A stretch of DNA of 64,000 nucleotides, from assembly GCA_025336725.1 (NCBI GenBank), contig GCA_025336725.1_3647.1; one strand, given 5' to 3'. The position numbers and the translations under genes were made by a program. A model generated the notes under the pieces. That model was not told where the DNA came from. It ran no database searches and was given only the letters and a program-made list of their open reading frames with translations. This document shows positions 56,717 to 64,000 of this stretch, in pieces (within the stretch, counting starts at the first letter, position 1; each line of letters starts with the position of its first letter). Origin of the DNA: Escherichia coli. GTDB lineage: Bacteria; Pseudomonadota; Gammaproteobacteria; Enterobacterales; Enterobacteriaceae.

Positions 56717-57450
56717 TTATCCTCTCCTGCGCTTAGCTTTCGCAGCAGCTGCGGCAGCCTTCTGCTCCCGCTCCATTTCCCTGTTTTGGACGGTATCTAG
56801 GAATTCTTCGATATCAAGATACTCACAGAGCTTCAGGAAATACGCCATATCTGCAAGATTTAGCGATTCAAAATTTTCCCCTTTGAAATTCTTGAGCACC
56901 CTGCACCAAAGAAAGTCGAACCAGTTAAGTGAACTGTTCTTGGCTGCCCACTCACTGGCCCTCACAACAACCTTGCTTATTCCTGCTCTTCCGGAGTCTG
57001 ATCCAGATTGTTCACCTGCTGGATCATACCCATCTGCTGTAACATCTCCAGAAGGCTTCCTAAACCGTCTTGTGTGAAAAAACAGCCGTAGTTAACCTCC
57101 AGAACCTTACCTGCCAGCTTAATCATCTCCAGCAGATGCCCTGCAAACACAACATCAGGGTTAAGCTTATCCACACCATCCACGGTAATATCTTCGAACA
57201 AGATTTTAAATAACTCTTCAATAGAGTTATCATCAAGTTCCTGGAACAGGTAAGCTAGGGCTGTAGGAAGGACCTCTGCCATATTCTGACCGCCTGAGAG
57301 AATAGATCCACCGATAGCACCTAGCGGGACAGCCACAATCTTACCGATTTTAGGCATGTTTTTCATTGCTTTCATCGGCCCCCAGTGAGTGATCACAAAG
57401 TTGTGCCCTGCTAAATCAATCTCTGTTGTAGGTCTAAAGTTTATAGCCAT
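56717..57450 (-). CDS. tail assembly chaperone frameshift product (gpGT-like) via -1 ribosomal frameshift
   Basis: -1 frame is open from near the slippery site through ORF 56717..56965 (82 aa, no own RBS). Confidence 0.55.
56977..57450 (-). CDS. tail assembly chaperone (gpG-like)
   Basis: 157 aa upstream of tape measure; slippery heptamer near 3' end. Confidence 0.65.
   Translation of the reverse strand: MAINFRPTTEIDLAGHNFVITHWGPMKAMKNMPKIGKIVAVPLGAIGGSILSGGQNMAEVLPTALAYLFQELDDNSIEELFKILFEDITVDGVDKLNPDVVFAGHLLEMIKLAGKVLEVNYGCFFTQDGLGSLLEMLQQMGMIQQVNNLDQTPEEQE
57076..57082 (-). other. -1 slippery heptamer T TTT TTC
   Basis: Minus strand ..GGC TGT TTT TTC ACA..; forward strand A6 run 57077-57082. 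Confidence 0.55.
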
Positions 57451-57493
57451 TTTATAGCATCCTTATTAGTCATGTTGTGCACCATATTTGTGT

Positions 57494-57522
57494 ATTTTAC
57501 CATGATTATAGCGCATTGTCAA
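57494..57522 (-). promoter_or_regulatory. sigma70-like promoter upstream of chaperone gene
   Basis: Minus strand TTGACA (57522-57517), 17-nt spacer, TAAAAT (57499-57494). Confidence 0.4.
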
Positions 57523-57523
57523 T

Positions 57524-58762
57524 TTAACCTTTCAACCAATCCAAGTATGCAGGATCATTTTTACCTTCATCGCTGTGCCATTCGAAGCGAGAGTTGCCGC
57601 TGTTTTCAAGGATATAGCAGCCTGCATTTTTAGCATTCCACTCTTGTGTTTTCTCAGGATCGTATAAGGACTCGTCCAACCCTAAATGCTTCAGTGTCTC
57701 TTGGATGTTTGACTTCCACCAAGCCTGTCTTGGCATTCTGCCACCACGGTAGCTCCAGAAGCTGGTAGATACCTGATCGTCCTCTGCCAAAATCCAGCCA
57801 TCCTCCTCCTTATAGGACACACCTGTGAAGTAATCCCTGTCAAGGAAGGATTGAACATGATCCATCTTAAACTCTTTTTGGATATGCTTAAACAGCTTAC
57901 TACGCCCACCAGGAACGTTACAGCTTGTTGCATACCTTACCATGTCCCACATAACGAAAGGGGTTACCTTTTGATCTCTGTTTTTCAATACCTTAAAACT
58001 CATACAAGCTACCAGCTCACCGTCAGATGTAAACAGACCCTTCTTCACTTCCTTGGCGGGAGCATACCCTTGAATGTGGTTTTTCTCCATAAAGTCACGG
58101 TAAGTTTTATTGTCCACATCCCTAACTGTGCACTTTCTGGCATAGACGGTCTTCTCGTCTTTGACTCCTAAAGCATTCTTAAGATATCTCTCAATGATAG
58201 GTCTTTTCCGAGCATCCTGCCAATCACAATCCCATATAGACAACATGCGAATACCTTGTTTTTCACAGGCCTTCCTTTTCAGGATGTGGTACCATTTCCC
58301 CTTACTATCCACGGAGTGCCAATAGGCACCATTATATTCCACAGCAAGCTTAAGCTCCGGGATATAAATGTCCAGCTCCATCTTTTTCTTGGAAGGATCT
58401 TTAAAGTTGTCCAGAATCCGCACGTTCTCTTCAATATCTCCGCTATAGACACTTTTAATGAACGTCAGGATCTCTTTTTCACCATTAGACTGATTGCGAC
58501 AGCAACGAGGGCATCCTTGTCCTTTCCCGTAATGGAATTCAGGACGCTGCATGAAGATATTCCCACACTCTTTGTGGCGCATCATCATAGGCGTTGAGGC
58601 GTTCACATAAGAGTCTTCAAAATACTCATAATCCCCACCATGAACTTCTACACATCTCTCAACTATTTCTTGGAAGCTAGGAACTTTTTTCACAGAAACA
58701 GACCTTGCTGCGCAAGTCTTGCACCCTTGCCCAGATAAATGCTTGCTGGGTTTCTGATACAT
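57524..58762 (-). CDS. homing endonuclease-like protein (zinc ribbon plus nuclease-like domain)
   Basis: 412 aa between tube and chaperone genes; N-terminal HGGDYEY..C..CG..F.Q.P..H..G.GCP.C zinc-ribbon; central ..LDIYIPELKLAVEYNGAYWH.. Confidence 0.45.
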   Translation of the reverse strand: MYQKPSKHLSGQGCKTCAARSVSVKKVPSFQEIVERCVEVHGGDYEYFEDSYVNASTPMMMRHKECGNIFMQRPEFHYGKGQGCPRCCRNQSNGEKEILTFIKSVYSGDIEENVRILDNFKDPSKKKMELDIYIPELKLAVEYNGAYWHSVDSKGKWYHILKRKACEKQGIRMLSIWDCDWQDARKRPIIERYLKNALGVKDEKTVYARKCTVRDVDNKTYRDFMEKNHIQGYAPAKEVKKGLFTSDGELVACMSFKVLKNRDQKVTPFVMWDMVRYATSCNVPGGRSKLFKHIQKEFKMDHVQSFLDRDYFTGVSYKEEDGWILAEDDQVSTSFWSYRGGRMPRQAWWKSNIQETLKHLGLDESLYDPEKTQEWNAKNAGCYILENSGNSRFEWHSDEGKNDPAYLDWLKG

Positions 58763-58849
58763 TATTCTTCCGCACGTTTTGCAATGAATCTCAACCTTAT
58801 CCCAGAGGTCTTGCTTACTACATGGCTATGACCATACTTTTCAGCATTT

Positions 58850-59149
58850 TCAAGGATATCTTTTTAATACCTTTTTGATCCACTCCTCGGTAGTGCACCT
58901 GTTACCACGCTCATGTGGGAATTTCTTACCCTTTCTTGATTTTGCAGATCTCTCAGCTCCACAAACAGGGCATCCTCTTTTTAGATTTATATGGTTATCA
59001 GGTGTCTGGTTGAAGTGGTTACCGCAGGTATTGCAGACTATTTCTACCTTATCTTTGCATGTTTTGTATTCTATAAGAGAATAATCGTACTTATCTCCGT
59101 GAACCCTACGAGCTTTTTCGATAAACCTTTCTGCACTCAATTTAGCCAT
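58850..59149 (-). CDS. small zinc-ribbon protein related to N-terminus of adjacent endonuclease-like gene
   Basis: 99 aa; HGDKYDYS..CNTCGNHFNQTPDNHINLKRGCPVCG parallels N-terminus of ORF 57524..58762. Confidence 0.45.
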   Translation of the reverse strand: MAKLSAERFIEKARRVHGDKYDYSLIEYKTCKDKVEIVCNTCGNHFNQTPDNHINLKRGCPVCGAERSAKSRKGKKFPHERGNRCTTEEWIKKVLKRYP

Positions 59150-59209
59150 AACTGTCTCCTCCTTTATTGTAGGATACTAAAAACAAACAAATATGTCAAA
59201 ACCCTAAAA

Positions 59210-59237
59210 GCAAAAAAGCCCCACCCGAAGGTGAGGC
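59210..59237 (-). terminator. rho-independent terminator
   Basis: Minus strand GCCTCACC-TTCG-GGTGGGGC followed by TTTTTTGC, downstream of tube-like gene. Confidence 0.55.
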
Positions 59238-59255
59238 TTATACTAAAGTGTGCCC

Positions 59256-59729
59256 TTAGATAATACCTGCAAGACCTGCGAGGCCAGTGAGAGCACCAGT
59301 GATGTTGTCACGGTTGAGCCATGCATCCAGAATACCGATATCCCAGTCCAGTTGACCTACTTCGGTTCCGTAAGTCAGGTCAGGCTGTTTCTGGATCCAA
59401 CCGATTGTAGAAATACCAGGGCCTTGGCTACCTTCCAGCAGAACCGGGAAGAATACCAGACCAGTAATCGATGCCTGTTTCTGCCAGTCGGAAAGGTAGG
59501 CGTTCCATACAGAAGTGTTCTGCAAAGATACAGTCATAACACCGGATTGGTTACGAGACAGAGCCGCAGACATTTCGCCATCCACACCAACGTGAGGGTA
59601 GATGTTGTCTTCATTTCTTGAAACAACGATCTTGGTGTCAGCAGCGAAGCCAGTGACACGCTGCTGCATCAGATACAGTTTGACCTTTTTAGGGTCATAC
59701 GCATAAGGAGTTAAAATTTGAGTTTCCAT
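59256..59729 (-). CDS. tail tube-like protein (tentative)
   Basis: 157 aa directly after 458-aa gene and before chaperone/TMP genes; called by size and position. Confidence 0.45.
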   Translation of the reverse strand: METQILTPYAYDPKKVKLYLMQQRVTGFAADTKIVVSRNEDNIYPHVGVDGEMSAALSRNQSGVMTVSLQNTSVWNAYLSDWQKQASITGLVFFPVLLEGSQGPGISTIGWIQKQPDLTYGTEVGQLDWDIGILDAWLNRDNITGALTGLAGLAGII

Positions 59730-59739
59730 CTAGTATTCC

Positions 59740-61116
59740 TTATTCAGTCATTGCAACAGCATTGGTGGATTTAGAACCAACTTTGTCCAGAAGAACGTTG
59801 ATCCGGATACGAACGAAGTGCAGAGCGTTGTTATACACCAGTTCTACTTTCACACCTTCCAGAACACGAGCAGCCAACTGGTTGGTCGGGATTTCTGCAC
59901 GTTTTGGAACTGTAATGATCGGGTCGTAGAATACATTGTTGTCTTCGTCAAAACCTGTCAGGATAGCACCGTTCTTAATGCCCGTATTGATCGGGTTGTT
60001 CATCAGAACAGACTTGATAACTGGCAGATCATCATCAGACATCTTCATGCTCAGGCCCATATTAGAGCGGCGGTGCATATATCCGAACATGGACTCTTCA
60101 GATCTAAACTTAATCCAGTGAGCGAAGCGGATAGCATCTGCATACTGACCAGAGGCACATTTACCTTCCCAGAAAGCACCAACACCGTTGATTGTTCTGT
60201 AGAAGTTAATGTTGTTCTCCCAAATCGCCATGCGCTGGGTCAATGTCAGTGATGGTGCAAGCACACCAGGCATCTGTTTTAAGTGTAAGCTGTCTCCGTA
60301 AGATGGATCGTTGGATGCCATAGCACCGATAATACCGCCCTCTGGGAAGTCTTTGTCGGCGCGAGGGTCGTACATACCAACACTGTCATATTTTGCAGCT
60401 TTCAGTTTAGCGGCGATGTTGCTGTCTTTACCAGTTACATCTTCTGAAGTAGAGTAGACATGTAACTTGTAGTTAGCCTGAGCCCACTTAGCACACGCCT
60501 CAATGTCTGTGTGGTCTTCATGACACAGGAAGTACCAATTGTCCCGCTCAGCATTGATCTTGTCAATTACTGTAGAAGGTTTTTCAGCATTGGCGATATT
60601 TTTGATTGTATAGTTACCAGTATGATAACCAACAGTGCAGTCACCAGTGATGGTGAGAACACCTTCAGAAGCCTCTACAGTGATATCGTTCAAGCTATCA
60701 TCTGCTTCAATTTTAGTCTTCATTGACTCTGCAATCTGAGTTGCACCTGTTCCACCAGAAACAGGGACTATCAAGGCAGTATTGTAGTCACCTTTTGCAA
60801 TAGTCATTACGACATCGGTATCAGCTGCAGCAGCAATGCCTTTGAAATCTACAGTGGTTTTTTCTTTGGCTTGTCTGCCGATCATAACATATTGTGGAGG
60901 GAATACACCACCAAAAGCTTTTGCTGCAAACTCATATGCTGCAGAGCCTTGTGCGAAACCATCTTCCACCATCTGGTCCAGCTCAGCATATACGCGAGCT
61001 CGCTCAGTAAAGTTATTGTGGATAGCGATGAACAGGGGAGTTTCGAAACCTACAGTGTCAATAGGCTGGGTTCCGAGGTTAACTGTAACATCTACCACTT
61101 TATCTAAATATGGCAT
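59740..61116 (-). CDS. tail sheath-like protein (tentative)
   Basis: 458 aa; GAGGA RBS; position immediately upstream of tube-like gene. Confidence 0.45.
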   Translation of the reverse strand: MPYLDKVVDVTVNLGTQPIDTVGFETPLFIAIHNNFTERARVYAELDQMVEDGFAQGSAAYEFAAKAFGGVFPPQYVMIGRQAKEKTTVDFKGIAAAADTDVVMTIAKGDYNTALIVPVSGGTGATQIAESMKTKIEADDSLNDITVEASEGVLTITGDCTVGYHTGNYTIKNIANAEKPSTVIDKINAERDNWYFLCHEDHTDIEACAKWAQANYKLHVYSTSEDVTGKDSNIAAKLKAAKYDSVGMYDPRADKDFPEGGIIGAMASNDPSYGDSLHLKQMPGVLAPSLTLTQRMAIWENNINFYRTINGVGAFWEGKCASGQYADAIRFAHWIKFRSEESMFGYMHRRSNMGLSMKMSDDDLPVIKSVLMNNPINTGIKNGAILTGFDEDNNVFYDPIITVPKRAEIPTNQLAARVLEGVKVELVYNNALHFVRIRINVLLDKVGSKSTNAVAMTE

Positions 61117-61188
61117 TTGTTTCCTCTTAATATCTGTGCACGGATATCAAACACGCAGTGTAATCATTACACTACACAATTATAACGA

Positions 61189-61740
61189 TTACTGACCGCT
61201 GTCTGTAACCGCTTGACCAGCATCGGGTGAAGGGAAATGTGTGGTTACTTCAGCCTTTATTCCCTGGAGATCTTCAAAAGCCCCAATGTCTGTCTCAACA
61301 AACCTTACGTTAAATGTCAACATTACAGTGGCTCTATTTTCATACGTCTGCTTATTCAACGGCACCCTTTGAGGTGAGATTGTTGAATTGTTAGAGTAGG
61401 CAAAGCACGATCCCAGAGGGAAATACTTGTCATAAAACATTGGGAGATTTATTGCTTGCAGCACTCTACTCAGTGCAGCATATGCCCTGCCACGATAAGC
61501 TGTTAACAGATAAGTAACAGTGTAACTATGGGTGACGTAAGCATTACCCTCCGCATCTTGAAACTCATTGTCTTCCCAAGTGGTAGGATTGATCGCCAAT
61601 GTTTGTAAAAGTACAAACTCACCTTCCGGCTTCGGTATGGTAGAACTTTCTGCCAGAACCACAGTTCTTCCTGTAGCAACCTTGACGAGTTTAGCAATAG
61701 TGGTTTCAAGATCAGAAAAAACTTTTTCGAAAGCTTCCAT
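61189..61740 (-). CDS. virion neck/tail completion protein (hypothetical)
   Basis: 183 aa, translationally coupled with upstream ORF. Confidence 0.4.
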   Translation of the reverse strand: MEAFEKVFSDLETTIAKLVKVATGRTVVLAESSTIPKPEGEFVLLQTLAINPTTWEDNEFQDAEGNAYVTHSYTVTYLLTAYRGRAYAALSRVLQAINLPMFYDKYFPLGSCFAYSNNSTISPQRVPLNKQTYENRATVMLTFNVRFVETDIGAFEDLQGIKAEVTTHFPSPDAGQAVTDSGQ

Positions 61741-62165
61741 TAGTTTTCTCCTTCAGGCTCTTCTACCACAAAAAATCTATATCTTCCCCCACCAGACGTG
61801 ATATATGCATCACACTTTAAAACGGTAAACCATTTCAAGTCACCGCGGATGTCAGGCAGTTGAATTTGATCAGCCATTGCATACGTTCCTTCATCCGGAC
61901 TATACAACTTGGTTGATGAGTAAACTGTAAAAGCCTCATACTGTCTGTCACCCTCAGGGTTTATTTGAGAGGAGTAATCTTTAGCTGCCCTTCCTGTCAA
62001 CGGCTGCACAACACACTCTAAGACATCAAACTCTTCATATTCAAGTTCTAACCCCTCGTTAGCAAAAGGCCCACCAATTGTTTTGTTATACACTCTGTGG
62101 CGACCTTTGAATGTTTTACGAGGTATTAGCCTGTTCTTTCCTATCAGCCTATAACCTGCTGCCAC
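61740..62165 (-). CDS. virion neck protein (hypothetical)
   Basis: 141 aa ORF. Confidence 0.4.
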   Translation of the reverse strand: MAAGYRLIGKNRLIPRKTFKGRHRVYNKTIGGPFANEGLELEYEEFDVLECVVQPLTGRAAKDYSSQINPEGDRQYEAFTVYSSTKLYSPDEGTYAMADQIQLPDIRGDLKWFTVLKCDAYITSGGGRYRFFVVEEPEGEN

Positions 62166-62174
62166 TCAACCCCC

Positions 62175-62651
62175 TTATTTTTGCTGTCCAATTTTAAAGG
62201 TTGCAGATTCAAGCAGCACATCGTAATGCCGCATAGCTTCGTTGAAGCCCTTCTCTTGTGCCCACTGCTCACTAACCGTAGGATTACTAAACTGCCCCGC
62301 CTCAATAACAAACTGGATAGCTTTAGCCCCTGTATCCCCCATCTGCTTAAGAATAGCCTCTGCACTTGATCCTCTAGCCATAGCTCTCAACAATTTTTCT
62401 GTCAAGGTCTGCAGTTGCGTGCTGTGAAATGCAAAGGCCGTCTCCATGAAATTGCGAACAGGCAGCCCGTTCCAACCGAAGTTGTGAATAGCTGCCAATG
62501 TTGCCATATTTAAGCCTGACGGGTGAGGTTCATCATAAAAGCCGTAGGTTATTGTTTTGCTTTCTAGTTTCACAAGGTCTTTGTAAAAGCGATCTAAACG
62601 CTTTAGGTTGAACCTGGTTTGACATCTAACCTTTAGCATTATATTCCTCAC
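62175..62651 (-). CDS. virion morphogenesis protein (hypothetical)
   Basis: 158 aa ORF. Confidence 0.4.
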   Translation of the reverse strand: MRNIMLKVRCQTRFNLKRLDRFYKDLVKLESKTITYGFYDEPHPSGLNMATLAAIHNFGWNGLPVRNFMETAFAFHSTQLQTLTEKLLRAMARGSSAEAILKQMGDTGAKAIQFVIEAGQFSNPTVSEQWAQEKGFNEAMRHYDVLLESATFKIGQQK

Positions 62652-62692
62652 TAATGTATTTTACCACAAAGATACATCAAAAGCAACAATTT

Positions 62693-63313
62693 TTAAAAAC
62701 TGCGTTTGCGTCTTGGGTGGCGAGGAGGTTGGTTATTTAGACCACTGATAGGTGTAATCCCCTGGACATCGAACGGTCCGTTGCTGTTTTCATTAAATTT
62801 AACCCGAATTCCTTCATCTACACGAACACCCCCAATGATAATCATTCTGCTGTAAGCATCTAGCTCAGAATCTACATAGTCTGGGTTTGCCAGCAACCAA
62901 TCAAGGAAATCTTTCCATTGGGCGTAGGAAGATCCACCACGAATCTCTATGGTCTCATCACCTATTTTTTCCAGACGGGAAGTTATACTTGCATTACCGC
63001 TGGACACTTCCTGCATCATCAGCCACCGCACAAGCTGCACAAGCACATTGTACTTAAGTAGGGGAAGCTTATCAGGGTCTGCCGGATAATTTAATTTCAA
63101 CTTTTCCATGTCAAGGAATGTTTTAATTACCTCATCAGGGAGGGTTTCCTCATCAACATTGCCAAGCAACAACCTCATAATATTAATAAGAGGTTGGTCT
63201 GGATCAGGTTCCGGAGGTACAGGATCTTCTTTTGGTGGTTCTTCTGGGGTATCGACTACACCATCATGGTTAGGCGGGGACGGGATAATCTCTTCATCTT
63301 CATACCATGCCAT
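62693..63313 (-). CDS. hypothetical virion protein with Pro/Glu-rich N-terminus
   Basis: Start set to ATG 63313 (MAWYEDEE.., GAGGT RBS) rather than ORF-track 63370. Confidence 0.4.
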   Translation of the reverse strand: MAWYEDEEIIPSPPNHDGVVDTPEEPPKEDPVPPEPDPDQPLINIMRLLLGNVDEETLPDEVIKTFLDMEKLKLNYPADPDKLPLLKYNVLVQLVRWLMMQEVSSGNASITSRLEKIGDETIEIRGGSSYAQWKDFLDWLLANPDYVDSELDAYSRMIIIGGVRVDEGIRVKFNENSNGPFDVQGITPISGLNNQPPRHPRRKRSF

Positions 63314-63372
63314 TTGAAAATACCTCGTAAAAATAAAGCCCCATTCCTGATTTGGAAGGGGCCTTAACAAAA

Positions 63373-63942
63373 TTATGCCAGTGCAGCCTCAAAATCTTTC
63401 ATCATATTTTGGAAAGTTTTTGCCTTACTTAAGGTAACACCGTGCTCTTTAGCGAAGGTTTGGAGTGCATCTTTTGAACCACTTTTGTCATCTTCGTTGT
63501 TAAGAGCTGCGGCCTGTTTAAGGATTTCATCCTTATTCTCAACAGCTGCAGATGCGAAAGAGGCTACAGTCACATCTTGTGGATCTGCTACAGGACCTTC
63601 ACCGTCACCCTCAAGAGGTGGTTCCGGAACTTCAGGTTCAGGCTCTGGGGCCACTGTAGAGGTCAGCCCAAGATTTACAACCTGAGAGCGTTTCTTAGGC
63701 CATTCGATGGTGAAAGTTTGGGTATCTTCTTCATAAACAATGTTGCATTGCTCATCGTTTATGGTCACTTTCTTAGGCATACCTTCAGGGTCCCACAGAT
63801 GGCCCTCTGCAACGGAAACTTGGAAAGCAGCATCTACTTCTTTAAATACTGACGGGGTGAGTGTGATATTGACATCCCCACTTTGCAGTGTTAAAGTGCT
63901 TTCATCAAGGTTTTCTGTGAAGAACAGAAGAATAACACCCAT
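63373..63942 (-). CDS. hypothetical virion protein with PEPEPE linker; 5' end may lie further upstream
   Basis: 189 aa from ATG 63942; frame may continue toward window end. Confidence 0.4.
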   Translation of the reverse strand: MGVILLFFTENLDESTLTLQSGDVNITLTPSVFKEVDAAFQVSVAEGHLWDPEGMPKKVTINDEQCNIVYEEDTQTFTIEWPKKRSQVVNLGLTSTVAPEPEPEVPEPPLEGDGEGPVADPQDVTVASFASAAVENKDEILKQAAALNNEDDKSGSKDALQTFAKEHGVTLSKAKTFQNMMKDFEAALA

Positions 63943-64000
63943 ACGGATAGTTGAAATACCAGTATCAATTGGCAGGCCTGTGTGTTTTGCAATCTTCTGG

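Noticed and set aside
59740-61116. Calling the 458-aa protein a major capsid protein
   Set aside because: It is followed directly by a tube-sized gene, chaperone and tape measure, so a sheath or major tail role fits better; head genes probably lie beyond 64000. The assignment remains tentative.
1-64000. tRNA genes, CRISPR arrays, integrase and attachment sites
   Set aside because: Intergenic regions show no T-loop-like GTTCGA/GTTCAA motifs in a cloverleaf context. No spaced direct-repeat arrays. No tyrosine or serine recombinase-like ORF recognised in the window.

Overview
This window reads as about 64 kb of a tailed dsDNA phage or prophage, with no rRNA, tRNA, CRISPR array or integrase detected by eye. 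It has three transcription blocks. (1) 1-15.5 kb, minus strand: early/replication genes - T7-like family A DNA polymerase (partial at the window edge), T7 gp4-like primase/helicase, a PIF1/Dda-like helicase, rIIA/rIIB homologues, a MoxR-like AAA+ ATPase, a secreted SleB-like cell-wall hydrolase and many small acidic proteins. (2) 15.6-22.4 kb, plus strand: a short accessory cluster driven from a back-to-back sigma70-like promoter pair, including a metallopeptidase/VWA protein, a HAD-like phosphatase and three tandem small paralogues. (3) 22.4-64 kb, minus strand: the virion module - neck proteins, sheath-like and tube-like proteins, a G/GT tail chaperone with a canonical -1 slippery site, tape measure, P2/Mu-like baseplate genes (gpV spike, gp25/W, baseplate J, gpI), a lambda-like tip set (M, L, K, J), two paralogous P2 H-like fibers with a Tfa chaperone, and several large tailspike-like proteins. 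The most striking observation is that many late genes (tape measure, gp25/W-like, the J-like C-terminus, both short fibers) are split across reading frames at short homopolymer runs while the early genes look intact; this could be sequencing error, prophage decay or, at one site, programmed slippage. ORF-track starts include GTG/TTG and several were reassigned; all functional calls are from motif recognition by eye, not database searches.
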